A DNA stretch of 64,000 bases from Eledone cirrhosa (GCA_964016885.1 OZ024740.1:342240001-342304000); one strand, 5' to 3'. Numbered from the stretch's first letter, positions 1 through 13,415 are shown. Notes: a model not told the origin generated them from the sequence alone. Numbers and translations: made by a program.

Positions 1-849
1 GCTTACATTGTAAATGATGGTTAAAAGACTTTAAACACTCATAAAATGTTAATAATAGCCATTACAGACTCAAAGGATATCAACAACTGGGTTATGGATC
101 TTGGTGCAAAGATTTGTGCAGATCTAAAATGTCCTTATAATAAACCCTGGATCTTTTATGTAGAAGCAGGGACTATGAGGGATAAAGCTTACCGTAGTAA
201 CAAACTGAGACTCACATGTCCAAGTAGTCTTTCATTTTATTATATAGGTGGTCAGTGTACAATGTGTGATGATGTATACTGTACTGTTTTGTGTAATTAG
301 TAATTAATTGGAATCTCAAGTAAGCTGGTACAGTCTGTGATGGCTCTTATGTGTTTATACTCATTTTATACTATTGTTGTTTTTCTGTTAGCCAATGTAG
401 TCCCTGTTATTGCTCTAAGTATGTTTCTATAGTTTATTGCTTTCCTTTACTATATCTATGTATACTATGTATATTGTGAAGGGATATTATTGTATTTTTT
501 TTTGTGTGTAAGGCATGTGTATGCTATGGAAAGTGCTGGGTCTATGTGATGTTACTTCATTCATGTTTTTATTGGGCCTTAGAATTAGGAATTTGTCCAG
601 CTTCCAGATAGTTGGGATTTAGCAATGTTAATATGAGTTGTAAATATTTATAAGTACAGTGCGTGTTCTGATTTTCTCTTGCTTTGAAACTTTTGAATTT
701 TTGATTTCCTTTGTGTGTGTGATAGATGAAAGGGTCAAAATCACATTTTAGATGAATGGTCATCATCATATGTTTGTTTTTCACAGGTTATGTTCTGCAA
801 TTAGGCAGGTCAAATAACCATGTCTTGCTCATATGTACCATTTTGGCAT

Positions 850-2620
850 GGTTTCTATGGCTGCGACTCAGCAAGCTACAAGCACACTTCCATAACACCC
901 CACCGGCTCCGGACACCCCAGACCGCTTCCTTGTCCTGGGCCGATGACCATCTTCTTGGACACCGGCATCTGGACAATTCAGCACACTGGACGGCTTCGT
1001 CGACGCCTGCCATAGCGCAGTAAACCGCTTCGACTTCCGCCACCACTCTAAACGAAGCAACATCTCTTGGGCTAAACTCCTCGCTCTCCGCTCCCTCCGT
1101 AACCACAATAACATCATCATAAAACCGGCGGACAAAGGAGGCACCGTAGTGGTGTGGCGTGCTGATCTCTACATGGCTGAGGTTCTCAGGCAGCTCCGCA
1201 ACCCGCTCTTCTACCGCCCCCTACCTTCCGACCAAACCCCCCACTACCAACACCTCGTCTCCTCCCTCCCACCACCTCCCACCTCATTATCTGTACCCCC
1301 ACCATCTACTTTCTCCCCAAAATCCACAAATCCACAAACACGACAACCCCGGCCGCCCATTGTCTCTACCTGCAACTGCTCTACCAAACTCATCTCCGCC
1401 TTTCTCGACTCCATCCTCCCCTCCCTCGTCTCTGCCCTCCCCTCCCCTCCCACATCTCCGACACCAACCACGCTCTCCGCCTTTTTGACTCCCTTCCCAA
1501 CCGGCCCACACCCCCTCCTCTTCACCTTAGACATTAAATCCCCCTATACGGTCATCCCCCATGCTGATGGCCTACACGCCCTCTGGCACTACCTAGACCT
1601 TTGCCCCTCCCCCACCTCGCCTAGCTGGTCCTCACCCTTAACTGCTTCTCCTTCGCGGGTGAATTTTACCAACAGGTCACTGGAGTAGCCATGGGCACGA
1701 GAATGGGCCCCAACTATGCCAACCTTTTCGTCGGCCATGTTGAGGCCCAAATCTTTGCCCAATACACTGGTCCCACGCTTGAACTGTACGGTCGTTATAT
1801 TGACGACTGTATCGGGGTGACGACCCTCACCCGAGAATAGCTCGACTCCTTTCTCTCCTTCTTCTGCTCCTTCCACCCCTCACTCCACTTCACCACCTCT
1901 ATTTCCACCACCCACGTCCACTTCTTGGATATCTCCATCGACCCCTCCTACCACTGCCTCATCACCTCTGCTTTCTTTAAACCCTTCACCTACACACACC
2001 AAACACTCCAACCTTATTCCCAACTCCTCCAGATCCGCCACCTTTGCCGCTGAGATGCTGACTTTGAGACCCGGGTAGGGGGGTTATCCCTCGTCCACGC
2101 CGCCCTCACCCTAACCTGCACCCACGCAGTCTGCTGCACCATTGCCCCTCACCTACCACCCCGCCATCCTACCCCTCCAACAAACCATCCCTCGCCGCTC
2201 CAACGCCTCCAGTGCAACTCCTCTAGCCCCCATCTTTCCACTCCCATCCCTCCCCAAACGCGCACGCAACCTCCTCGTCCGTAGTTCCCTACCCTGCTCC
2301 AGACCCCGCTGCCACACATGCCCCACATTCCCAACACCATCACCTTCCAGACTCCAAACGGCCACTCTCTCTTTGTCCAGCATGCCTTTCGCTGCACCTC
2401 CTGCAACCTTGTCTACGGACTCCGCTGCATGGAGTGCGGTGCAACTTATGTCGGACAGACCGGACATTGTCTGGTGGATCAGTTCTCCCATTGCCCGCCA
2501 CTTTTTCTCCACCGGACACTCTGCTCGCAACCTGACCGCCTGCGGTCTTATTGAGTGCCATGGGACCCCCAATGCCCAACTTAGGGCCGAACAACGCACC
2601 TCTTCACATTACAGACCTGC
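850..2620 (+). mobile_element. Degenerate GC-rich Penelope-like element (RT + GIY-YIG), frameshifted
   Basis: Motifs read across frames: IIIKPADKGGTVVVW, LFTLDIKSPYTVIPH, GVAMGTRMGPNYANLF, YGRYIDDC, and NLVYGLRCMECGATYVGQTG (GIY-YIG). Confidence 0.85.
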
Positions 2621-3109
2621 ACCCCTCTTCCTCAGTTTGAACTCCCCACCCCTCTTCCTTTAGCCTTCGACACACACACACATGTATATATACATATATG
2701 TGTATACATGTATGTTTATATATACATATTTATTTATTTATTGAATTTAAACGTCCATATAGAGCTAGTAAGCCATGACAGACTAGAGGAAGTATGGAAT
2801 ACTCCTTAGTAATCAAAAAGAGCAAGTGAGACAAGTAATAAAACTAATTAAAGGGAAACAAATGATATAATATAAAATTAAAATAAAATTTCAAATATTG
2901 TATAACACAGCCACCGTATCTGCTATTAACTAAATGTGTGCACTCTGAACAGCTGATTGCAACTGCATTACAGCAATTTGGCAGATTCATTGAGTGAGCT
3001 AGACGTTAGCCATTGACCTAACACCAGCGATCTTCGTTAGTTTTATAATATATATATATGTGTGTGTGTTTATATACACACACAGTAGTGACATACAGTA
3101 TGTCTTGGG

Positions 3110-3700
3110 TATAATGCTTTTACTTTAGCTTTCCTCCATATCTTTGAGATCTTGTTAGAGCATCTCAAGGGGCCATGTGAGAGCAACTGGGCCCAGATGC
3201 TTAATCTGCTCAACAAGGATGTCATTGAGACTTGCAGCCTTGTTGTTTTTCATGTCTTTGATTGCTACATCCAATTCATTTCTTGTGAAGGGCCTTATGA
3301 AGCACGTTTGGTATCTTGGGCAAATTTGGTTTCTGTGGATGTTGATCTGGGTCACCTCAGCTGGTGGGTGGCCTAGTTGGCTGGGACTTTGTGTAGTCAT
3401 TTCCAAATATCCGTATAGTCTCCAAGGCTTTCCTGCTGCTATGTGTCATGTCTGCACTTTCAGTCAACCCCTGCCACTTCTTCTGCCTGCCCTCCTAGAT
3501 AGAGTTGGTCAGGGTATCCCCGCATTCCAAGATGTCAGTACCAAAGGGGGTCATCTTCAAAGAGTTGGGTGTACTCTTCATAAAGCTCATTTGCATCGTT
3601 GGAGAGTCCATGGATGTAGTTGGTGTGACATCCTCAAGGAATATTCTTCCTAGAGGAAGCCTTGAGCAACTTGACAAAAGCATTGTAGTTGTTGAATGAC
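3110..3700 (-). mobile_element. LINE fragment (linker to RT start), possibly Ingi/Vingi-like
   Basis: PFTRNELDVAIKDMKNNKAASLNDILVEQIKHLG (RT domain 0 region) and upstream DMTHSSRKA motif. Confidence 0.6.
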
Positions 3701-3714
3701 AATGGGTAACAACT

Positions 3715-3920
3715 GCTTAAGCTCTGTATGCTCCATGTCATCAACACCTACTTCCAGGCCAAAACTCAGCACAAAGTTTCCTGGTGACAGCCTCTCTTTG
3801 GGTAGTGGCACTAGCTAGATCTAATCCTTTCAAGATGCAGCCATCTGAGAGGCATACTCCTGACTCTGTCCTTTCAGAGTGCTGATTGTGACATAGATCA
3901 CTCCTTGGTTTGTTGCTAGC
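3715..3920 (+). mobile_element. RTE-type AP endonuclease fragment
   Basis: Translation NTYFQAKTQHKVSW...LDLILSR...SADCDIDHSLV, with stops; matches the APE C-terminal motifs. Confidence 0.65.
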
Positions 3921-4160
3921 AAAGGGTAACAGAGTAAAAGAGTAAAGTATGTACTGCCGTGTCTATGTTAGTGATTCTGAAAACCATGATTCTGTTTCTT
4001 AAAACTTCTTTCACTGGGCTTTTATGAGCTGTGTAAAAATGTTTTTTGGTTTCTCTTTGCTGTCTATATTAGAAATTCTCTATATAGTCCAATAATCTCT
4101 TCACTCTCAGGAATAGTTTAAACATTATTGACTTTGTCATTAGTTTGAAAAAGTCTAGAA

Positions 4161-4420
4161 CATTGGTTCCCAACCTTTTCCCCTACCAAGGATGCTATTT
4201 TATTTAATGAATTTTTCATGGACCCTCAATTCCTATAATTACTACTCCCCTAGATTGTTATACAATGAGAATAGCAATCAAAAGAGAAATATTTACATTT
4301 ACAGAAGAATAGATATCCTATAGAGTGTATATTTTGTTTGGAAGAAAATACTTGAAATTTTGAACTTAGCTCACAGACACCCATAATTACCTTTGCGAAC
4401 CCCAGGGTTTGGAACCATTA
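4161..4420. mobile_element. hAT (Charlie-like) MITE
   Basis: Termini CATTGGTTCCCAAC...TTTGGAACCATTA, flanked by 8-bp near-TSD GTCTAGAA/ATCTAGAA. Confidence 0.6.
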
Positions 4421-4876
4421 ATCTAGAATATGTAATCTATTTGTTCTTTTCTATTCCCATGTTTCTAAAGTGTGTTAGCTGTGTGTTGCAAGAACATCTA
4501 CAGCTGTTTTTTGTGAGAAAAGTTATTGTTATTGGTGGTGGTGGTGGTGGTGGTGGTGGTGGGGGGGGGGGGGGTTATGACATGTTTAGGTTATGGTTTC
4601 TATGATAAGGGTTTAACAAGTAATGATTCATTCCACCTTAGGCAAGTGTCTTCAACTATAGCTGCAAGCTGACCGATTCCTTCTGAGTCAGTTTGGTAGA
4701 TGGAAACTGCTTGAAGCCTGTTGTATCATTATCATCAGTTAACGCCTACTTTCCATGCTGGAATGGCTTGTTACAGTACACATCAATTCTCATTCAGAGT
4801 TATTGCCCTTATTGAGACAAGCTAGATCAACATATTTCATTCATACATGTGTGTATGTATATGTGTATATATATAT

Positions 4877-4908
<32 letters not shown>

Positions 4909-5596
4909 TTGTATGTATGTGTGATTGTGTCTTTGCTTCATATTTGTTATTGCTAGCATTGATGTTTGTTTATGTCCAGCATAAATAATAGTCCTGTGGC
5001 TCAGCATTAAGAAAGAAGAGCATCTGGCTCTAGAAAACTGTCTCAAAAAGTCTTGTTCAATGCATATTAGCATGGAAAAACGGGCGTAAAAACAATGATG
5101 GTGATGGTAATCCTTGCTATAAAGTAGTTGGCAATAAGATTATTTAGTTATTACTGCCATGCTGAAAATATGACAAATACACGCAGTCATATTGAGTGGC
5201 AGTTTTCTCTGCTGTTTTGTGTATTAGTTGACAAAGGACTGCAACAGTGAGACACTGTTGGGACAGACCTGTCAAACACATGCAAGTATGAACAAATGAT
5301 TTCAAACAATAATACTGATGGTAATTACAAACCTAAGTGATAGCAAAAGGTTTGTTATAAAGAGTGGGAAACTTCAAAAGAGATCAATTAATTAAACAGT
5401 GTTCTCATTTACCCAACAATTGATTCCTAGTTAACATTCGTATATTTGGAAACAATTTCCAAACAAATTTAACCCTTTCATTACCATATTTTCAATGAAA
5501 AACACTGCCTATGATTTTCAAATCATTCTGAAAATATTCAAGAATGTAAAAGGATCCAATAAAATAATTACCTTTCTCATTATGATGGTGTTTTAA

Positions 5597-5812
5597 GGGT
5601 GGGAGATTGGTAGTATTGGTAGAGTGACGGACAACATGCTTTGCAGCATAGAGTTACGGCCCTTTGCATTCTGAGTTCTAATACCACTGAGGTTTTGCCT
5701 TTCATCCTTGCGAGGTTGATAAATAAAGCACCAGTAATGCACTGGGGTCGATTTAATTGACTTTCCCTTCCCTCCAAAATTGTTGGCCTTGTGCCTAAAT
5801 CAGAAATCATTA
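5597..5812 (+). mobile_element. tRNA-derived SINE, family A
   Basis: A/B-box-like head, core GCCTTTCATCCTT..GATAAA, tail GGCCTTGTGCC..AGAAA; direct repeat ATTATGATGGTGTTT on both sides. Confidence 0.75.
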
Positions 5813-6624
5813 TTATGATGGTGTTTATAATATAACATAAGTTCTTACAAAAGACTATGATGGAAGGTTTTTCAGATAAATATAAAATCTTTGTATCATG
5901 GAATGAAGGGTGGTTTGAGGCAGTTTGGTAGCAAAATGATTAAATACATTTTGTTTAAAAGTAGGAAAATGTAAATAAAAAGAATATATATTGAAGTTTT
6001 GTTACTTTCTGTTGTCAACTTCTGTGAAATGATTTAGATTATTTCTCCGCTGTTTCATCTCATCTGCATGGAAATTCCCCATTAACCAACAAAACCATCG
6101 ATACATTATATTAATTTAGCAATGGTTCAAATATTGTATAAATTTCCAAAATGGTTGCAAACCATTTCATTTCCATTGCTTGAAATAAACAAATCAACAT
6201 TTATTTTCCTTTTTATTTTCATGATTAACAATAAAAAATCTATTGCTATTCTTTTGTATTAACATCTTTTATCTTTTTTAATCTAAAACTTGTGATAATA
6301 TAAATATGTGATAACATACATGCATTGCTGCGTTTGTTAGTTATCTAACGAACATGCCATTCATTAATTTTTCAACTGAAATAAAATTACTTTCATAATT
6401 TCTTATTTTTCTCTTGTATGAAATTTTATTTTTTTAAATTTTTTTTTTTTCTTTTGCTTTACATATATCTGGGATAAAAATACCTTAACTGTTTCATTAC
6501 CATATTTCTAACAAAAAACATGGCCTTCAATTTTCATAAAAGTTTGAAAGTAATCAAGAATTCAAAAGGATTTAGTAAAATAATTAACTTTCTCATTATT
6601 AAGTTCTTACATAAAATCATGATA

Positions 6625-6865
6625 ATAATGAAAATTGTTGTGTACATTGCTCAGGTGCACTACAACTCATCAAAGGTACATCTATAGTACATAGAATAAT
6701 GTAAAAATGTCAGGAAAGTGAAGTGTATGAGTCATGATATACACACAGATACATGTGTGCGTGTGTATAGAGGAGGAATATCAGGTGTAATGTTGGCGAA
6801 TTTCAGGAAGCATTGACGTTTTTAAGGATGTAGTGTCCCTTCAGGTAGTTCCATGCTTCAGCAAC
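6625..6865 (-). mobile_element. CR1-type LINE 3' end fragment
   Basis: Same sequence as 9938-10370, 11818-12140 and 51804-52058; (ATT)n tail on the minus strand. Confidence 0.6.
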
Positions 6866-7126
6866 TGGAAGGTTTTCTTTTAGATAAATATAAAATCTTT
6901 AAAATAGTTTTGTATCTTAGAAACAGGAGCAGTTTCAGGTGGGTTGGTATCAAATGGTTTAATATACCCTGTTTATTATGTGTTTACTCATAATTTTCTC
7001 TTATGTAATACGTAAAAAGAAGTGGGGTCTATTTCATGGATAAGTCTCCTAACCCATGGGTGAAATTTTATCTGCATTCAAATTAGAAACTGGCCACTGG
7101 CCACTATATAAAAAAAAAAAAAAGAT

Positions 7127-9233
7127 TTAATCTTTAATACCAAAACAGTAATCTATACATATCGATCCAATAGAGGGACCAGCAGTGCAAGTTGAAGGTA
7201 GTATAATAAGTAAGGCGATCAAAGACATGAAGACAGGCAAGGCGGCCGGGCCTTCGGAAATAGTTGCCGAAATGCTGAAAGCATCTGGAACGGTGGGACA
7301 CACTATGGTCACCCGGATAGTAAACCAAGTCATACAGAATGGGGTCGTTCCGAAGGACTGGCGCAGCAGCATCGTCATTAACTGCTACAAGGGTAAAGGT
7401 GATGCCCTAGATAGGGGAAACTATAGAGGCATTAAATTAATTGACCAGGTCATGAAGGTCACAGAAAAAGTAATAGCGCAACTAATCAGAGAGCGAATTG
7501 ATCTAGACGAAATGCAGTTCGGGTTTGTGTCAGGTAAAAGTACAACAGATGCTCTTTTCATTGTACGACAACTACAGGAGAAGTACCTAGCTAAAAGTAA
7601 ACCCCTATACTTAGCTTTTGTTGACTTGGAGAAAGCCTTTGACAGAGTACCCCGCTTGATTATCTGGTGGGCCCTTAGAAAACTAGGTGTTGATGAATGG
7701 CTTGTGAGAGCTATACAAGCCATGTATAAAGAAACAGTCAGCAAGGTTAGAATTAACAGCGAATATAGTGAAGAGTTTAGCGTAAAAGTTGGTGTTCATC
7801 AGGACTCCGTCCTTAGCCCCCTACTATTTATTATTGCCCTTCAGGCTATAACAGAGGAGTTCAAGACCGGCTGCCCATGGGAACTCCTATATGCAGATGA
7901 TCTAACGCTCATAGCTGAATCAATGGCTGAACTAGAGAAGAAATTCCAAACATGGAAGCATTGCCTAGAATCAAAAGGCCTTAAAGTTAACTTGTCTAAG
8001 ACTAAAGTTCTAGTTTGTAGGAAGGAAAATAGGGCACCGGCCCCATCTGGGAAATGGCCATTCTCAGTGTGTAGGAAAGGAGTAGGTAGAAACTCCATTT
8101 TATGTCCCAAATGCAAAATATGGGTACATAAAAGATGTAGTGGGATCACAGGTAAGCTAAGAATATAGATTTTATATGTGGCCGGTGCTCTGGTGCAATA
8201 AGTAGCAGCAAATGCCCACAGAATACTAAACTCATTCCATTGCACAGATGGTTCTATAGAAATAGTGGACAGCTTCCGTTACCTGGGTGACAAAATCCAG
8301 CAGTGAGGGAGGGTGCTCTGAAAGTACAGTAGCTAGAGTCAGAACGGGATGGAAAAAGTTCAGAGAGCTTATACCACTATTGGCCGCTAAAGGGTTCTCT
8401 CTAAAAATGAAAGGCAGGCTGTATGATGCCTGCATACGAACAGCAATGTTACATGGCAGTGAGACCTGGGCATTGTGTGCAGAGGATATACGCAGACTGG
8501 AGAGAAACGAAGCTTGCATGCTCCACTGGATGTGTAATAGTAATATACGTGAACGACAAAGCATAAACAAACTAAGGGAGAAATTAGAAATAAGAGGGAT
8601 CAGATGTTGTTTACTCGAGAGAAGACTACGTTGGTATGGTCACGTGATGCGCATGAAAGACGACAGCTGTATAAAAAAGTGCAGGCCAATAAAAATAGAC
8701 GGTAGCCACGGAGTAGGCAGACCCAGAAAAACCTGGGACGACTTGATAAATTCCGACCTCACACACTTACACCTCTCCAAGACAATGTCACTGGACCGAG
8801 ATCTTTGGCGCTACACAGTAATAGAGAAGACCCGCCTTACCTAAGTGCAAAGTGAAACCTACTACAGTCAGTAGGCACCTCTAACAAAATACACCCCGTC
8901 CCACTACCCCCACCCCATCCACACCACCCCTCTCAATGTAAAGTTATGTTGGTACCACAACATCCAGCCCGAAATAAACGAGGTCGTGTAAGTGTCACGA
9001 CAAAAAAAAACACACAGTCCATGCTGTAATGTGGCCATGTAGGTAACACGGTAAAAATCTTCCAGTTCCACACTGTAAATGTGGTTGGTGTTAGGAAGGG
9101 CATCCAGCCGTAGAAAACCTGCCAGACAGTCCTATGCGAGCAAGACAGCCACTCTTGCCTCAAGTGGGAAAACTCCCGTCCAAATCCATGCGAGCGTGGA
9201 ATATGGACGTTAAACGATGATGATGATGATGAT
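7127..9233 (+). mobile_element. 5'-truncated RTE-clade LINE with 3' UTR and (GAT)n tail
   Basis: RT ORF 7185-8168 (QFGF, FVDLEKAFDRVP, LSPLLF, LLYADD), frameshift near 8160, C-terminus 8287-8844 (RRLRWYGHVMR, GRPRKTW), then UTR and GATGAT tail. Confidence 0.93.
7185..8844 (+). pseudogene. RTE reverse transcriptase, frameshifted, with internal Cys/His-rich (PHD-like) segment
   Basis: 327-aa and 185-aa ORFs joined by a segment reading [25 protein letters not shown]...ICGRC. Confidence 0.88.
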
Positions 9234-9234
9234 G

Positions 9235-9629
9235 AATATAAAAGGCGGATGTTTGCTCGTGGGTTTCTTCACGCATCACACAAAAACGGAAAATGACAAT
9301 CGAAAAGTAAGTACAGCAATGGAATAAGGAAGGTTTATTGATACTAATTTTATAACATCAAAGAAGAAAAACATCCTGGGAATGCTAACCAATATGACTG
9401 TTATTTCTAGCAGGTTGGGAATCAACCATAAGGGATTCTCTCTGCTCATTCGTTGTCAGTGACGCTCGTGTTTCGCGGCAATCCTCTCCGATTTGAATGC
9501 TGGTTTATGCACACACACACACACACACACACTCACACATTTATACTGTAAACCAAACAACCCATCCAATTCTTATCTACCCGTCTTCTCTTATCTGTTT
9601 ACCCAGGTGAAGCAGGGTACCTCAGCTAG
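9235..9629 (+). mobile_element. Non-autonomous Helitron-like element
   Basis: Imperfect 3' hairpin ACCCAGGTGAAGCAGGGT followed by CTAG|T at 9626-9630; 5' AATATAAAAGGCGGATGTTTG. Confidence 0.55.
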
Positions 9630-9937
9630 TTTAATATAAGTTGCATACCTATGAATTTCCTCTGCCCATCTTAAGATTCTTATGCACATGAAGTGTGGCC
9701 CTCATATTATAAAGGTTTGCCACTCCTGTTCTATTTAATATTTAGGGCAAGAAATTTAAATTTAACAATCATCATCACCATTCTTCCATGCTTTCATGAG
9801 TTGGCTGAGTCTATTCCAGCATAGCTTCTAATCATCTCCTTTATGAAATTCTGTTTCCTGAGAGCAACCTTCACTTTTTTCCAAAATTTCTTCAGTCCTC
9901 ATCTTCAGAAGTTTTCTTCCACTTGGATTAAATATAT

Positions 9938-10370
9938 AATAATGAAATTATTGTGTACAGTGCTCAGGTGCACTACAACTCATCAAAGGTGCATATAGGG
10001 CACATAGAATAATGTACAAATGCCAGGAAAGTATATGAGTCATGATATACATGTGTATGAAAGAGGAGAATATCAGGTGTAATGTTGGCGAATTTCAGGA
10101 ATCATGGAGGTTTTAAAGGATGCAGTGTCCCAACTGATGCAGGTAGTTTCTTCCATGCTTCAGCAACTCTGAGCGTGAAAAAATGTTTCTGAAAGTCATG
10201 GGAGCCCTACTGTTTTCTGATTTTGTAAGCATGTCCACAAGTGTTAGACATATGAAATTAAAAAAGGTGCTCAGGGTTGTTGTTGGAAAGATGGTCAAAC
10301 TAACTAATTGATTCATAATTAAAAGATAGATTGATGATTTATGTTTAAAGACTGATCTTAGTCTCCACAT
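9938..10370 (-). mobile_element. CR1-type LINE 3' end fragment
   Basis: Minus strand gives HDFQKHFFTLRVAEAW-like RT C-terminus; four copies in the window. Confidence 0.7.
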
Positions 10371-10829
10371 GTATAAATTCTAGCTGTATGTACGTACATA
10401 TATATATGTATGTGTTTATTTTATTCAGTACACATATATGTGTGTATATATGAGGGCTGGCTGGAAAGTTCATAGGCTGATCAAAACACTCCTAGAATGA
10501 TGAAATGGGGTTTGTTTTTCAACATAGTTCCTGGAAAAAAAAGCAATGCAGTGATTAATAAGAAGAGTTGAAATAAATGAATGCAAGATTTCACAGCTCT
10601 AGCATCACTCCTTCATAGTCAGCTATGAACTTTTCAGCCAATTCTCGTACTGTATATAGTATTGAATGGCCCTGTAACTCCTGAGGAGTTGTTGGGGTGC
10701 CATATTAACATTCGGCATTTGTAGGACATTTTTTAAACCTGGTAGAGCCTATCTACTCTCCATGCCTGAATACAGCAGATTTCTTCAAGAGAAAGAAAGA
10801 GAAAGTGAGAGAAAGGAAGTGAGACAGAG

Positions 10830-10995
10830 GAAGATTCGACCTCAGTAATTGACTGGTGCTTTTTTTATCGACCATGAATGGATGGAAGGCAAAGTTGACC
10901 TCGGCGGGATTTGAACTCAGAGAGCAGGGAGCTGGGAGCTGAATACTACAAAGCATTCTATCCAACGTTCTGACGACTCTGCTAATTCGCCACCA
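10830..10995 (-). mobile_element. tRNA-derived SINE, family A (diverged)
   Basis: GGATGGAAGGCAAAGTTGACCTCGGCGGGATTTGAACTC is the reverse complement of the family B-box and core. Confidence 0.7.
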
Positions 10996-11369
10996 TGTAT
11001 ATACTTATGTATAAATCACACCTTTTTTTCACAAAAACAAAAGACAAAAAAACCCCCAAAACATGCAGTCTATCTACTGGAAGTACAAAACCTTGTACGT
11101 GGGTAATGTAGTGAGCCAAGAATGTTGTATGTAACATAGGGGTGTGACTTACAAGTATTCATAGTATATATTGTTTTCTTGGAGAGATATATAATATATA
11201 TAAAAAAGACTTCTATATGAGCCAAGACAGTTCCAGAGACTTAAAAATATGTGAGTTAGTGTATATTTATATGTAGGTGTATGTACTTGCACTCATATCC
11301 TAAGTGGATATCTCCCTTTAGTACACAAGTGTGTGATAGCATGATTATTCTTTATGTATGCATTTGTGA

Positions 11370-11401
<32 letters not shown>

Positions 11402-11817
11402 TGGTGATGATATATTTATATATATCATCATCATCATCTTAACGTCCACTATTCCTGCTAGGAAGGGTTGGTCGAGTCTATATAGACCAAATCAGTACTG
11501 AAGTGGGGCTACTGACCTATACACACACAAATACACATACATACACACAAGCAGACATACATTTCAGGAAATTCTGGAGTTCGGAAAGAATGTGAGTTGC
11601 TGCATGTATATATGTGGATACATGTGTGTGGGTTTATTTGTATGAATATCTGCTTGATGTTAGCCTAAATATGTATGTAAATGAAGCACCAGTATATCTA
11701 AATTCATGTGTCCATATTTGGTGTTCAAGTGGTGGTATGTCTATTGACTGCATGCATCTGAGCTTAAGTGTTAGTATGTATGGCATTGGGTGAGTATATA
11801 ACTATAAACATCATCAT

Positions 11818-12140
11818 AATAATGAAATTATTGTGTACAGTGCTCAGGTGCACTACAACTCATCAAAGGTGTATCTATAGTACATAGAATAATGTACAAA
11901 TGTAAGGAAAGTGAACAGTTTATGAGTCGTGATATACACACAGATACATGCGTGCATGTGTATGGAGGTGGAATATCAGGTGTAATGTTAGCGAATTTCA
12001 GGAAGCATGAACATTTTGAATGATGCAGTGTCCTGACAGCTAACAACTGATGCAGGTAGTTTGTTCCATGCTTCAGCAACTCTTTTTCCGAAAGTCATGG
12101 GAGCTGTGCTGTCTTCTGACTTTGTAAGCATGTCCATGGG
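11818..12140 (-). mobile_element. CR1-type LINE 3' end fragment
   Basis: RVAEAWNKLPASVVSCQDTASFK matches the CR1 RT C-terminal WNxLP motif. Confidence 0.75.
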
Positions 12141-12360
12141 CAGTGGCAGACTGGGTCTAAAAAATATTGGTTGCCAGGAGATAAAGGGGCCCACCTGCAT
12201 ATAGAATGCTGTCATTTAATTTTTATAATGAATAAATAACATTTTCAAAAAATACATAAGTGGAAACAAAACAGTGCAATCAAATTTTTGCGGAAAAATA
12301 TCTTACCTTCTCCAATAAAAATATGTATCTTGCGAAATCCAGAGACTTTCAATAATGACC
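12141..12360. mobile_element. Dispersed repeat starting CAGTGGC (possible hAT end); second copy at 13436-13654
   Basis: Two ~220-bp copies with the same boundaries, CAGTGGCAGACT...TTTCAATAATGACC. Confidence 0.55.
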
Positions 12361-12818
12361 AGAAGTCGACCCTAAATATTACTAATAGCTCTAGGAAAGC
12401 CATGAATGACACCACATCTTTTTAACTTTGATTTTGAAAGTAGGTTTATAATTATCCATTTTCATTATACAGTTGTAGCTGTCTCGGTGTCCTAGTTGGA
12501 GGAATTATAGACGGTGGCGATCCTGGTCTGAAGTTCGATCCTGGTCGGGAGTAGGGTTCCCGGTAAACTTTTTCAGTTTTTTTCTATTGTTTGTAAAATA
12601 AAACCTGAAAAAAAGTTACACATACCTCTTGACCAGGATTGAACCCACGACCAGGATCTCCACCTTTTCTAGTACCCACCACTAGGCCACAGAGACAACT
12701 ATGAAAAACCTAAGAAAATTCATACTTATAAATCTACTTTCAAAATTTTCAAAACAAAGTGTTGTGGTGTGCTTCATATCTTTCTTAATGTTATTGCTCC
12801 TCCTTAAGGTGACTTCTA
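12360..12818. mobile_element. Fold-back element with two convergent tRNA-like heads
   Basis: Imperfect inverted arms. Plus arm: TGTCCTAGTTGG...GTTCGATCC (12481-12551). Minus arm: TGGCCTAGTGG...GGTTCAATCC (12625-12697). Confidence 0.65.
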
Positions 12819-13075
12819 AATCATTTGGGTGTTCCATAAACTACATCCTCATTTTGTTTCACATCTATCTAGACTAAATTTTAACCTGTATTCCATGTTT
12901 CATTTCTGTTCCACCTCATTCCCCCCCCCCACCTCTCTCTCTCTCTCTTTCTCCCTGTGATATTTGAATCTACTATGATTTGGGTTTACCTTATTCCTAT
13001 TTATATGGTTTTGCATGTCAGTTAGATTCAAACTTACAATGATTGGCATTATATATATATATATATGGAGGCACA

Positions 13076-13415
13076 TGGAGGCACATGGCTTAGTGGTTAG
13101 AGCATTGGCCTTGCAATCGAAAGGTTGTGAGCTCAATTCTCAGGCCGGGTGATGTGTTGTTTCCTTGAGCAAGACACTTTATTTCACATTGCTCCAGTTT
13201 ACTCAGCTGTAGAAATGAGATGATAGGGACTAGGGTCCCTATCATTCCACTGCAAAGTGGTCGTGGAGGTGCCACGGCAAAAAAGCACCCAGCACTCACT
13301 GTAAATGAGGTTGGTGTTAGGAAGGGCATCCAGCTGTAGAAATCAAGCCAGAATCAGTTCCCGTCCCACCCTTGCAAGCAGGGAAAAAGTGGACATAAAA
13401 TGAAATGATGAAATG
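13076..13415 (+). mobile_element. tRNA-derived SINE, family B (RTE-like 3' tail)
   Basis: A-box TGGCTTAGTGG, core CCTTGAGCAAGACACTTTATTTCAC, tail GGTTGGTGTTAGGAAGGGCATCCAG shared with the RTE 3' UTR; near-identical copy at 26882-27225. Confidence 0.8.

Noticed and set aside
12481-12697. Functional tRNA genes
   Set aside because: A/B boxes are present but no convincing cloverleaf or anticodon arm; the same applies to the SINE heads.
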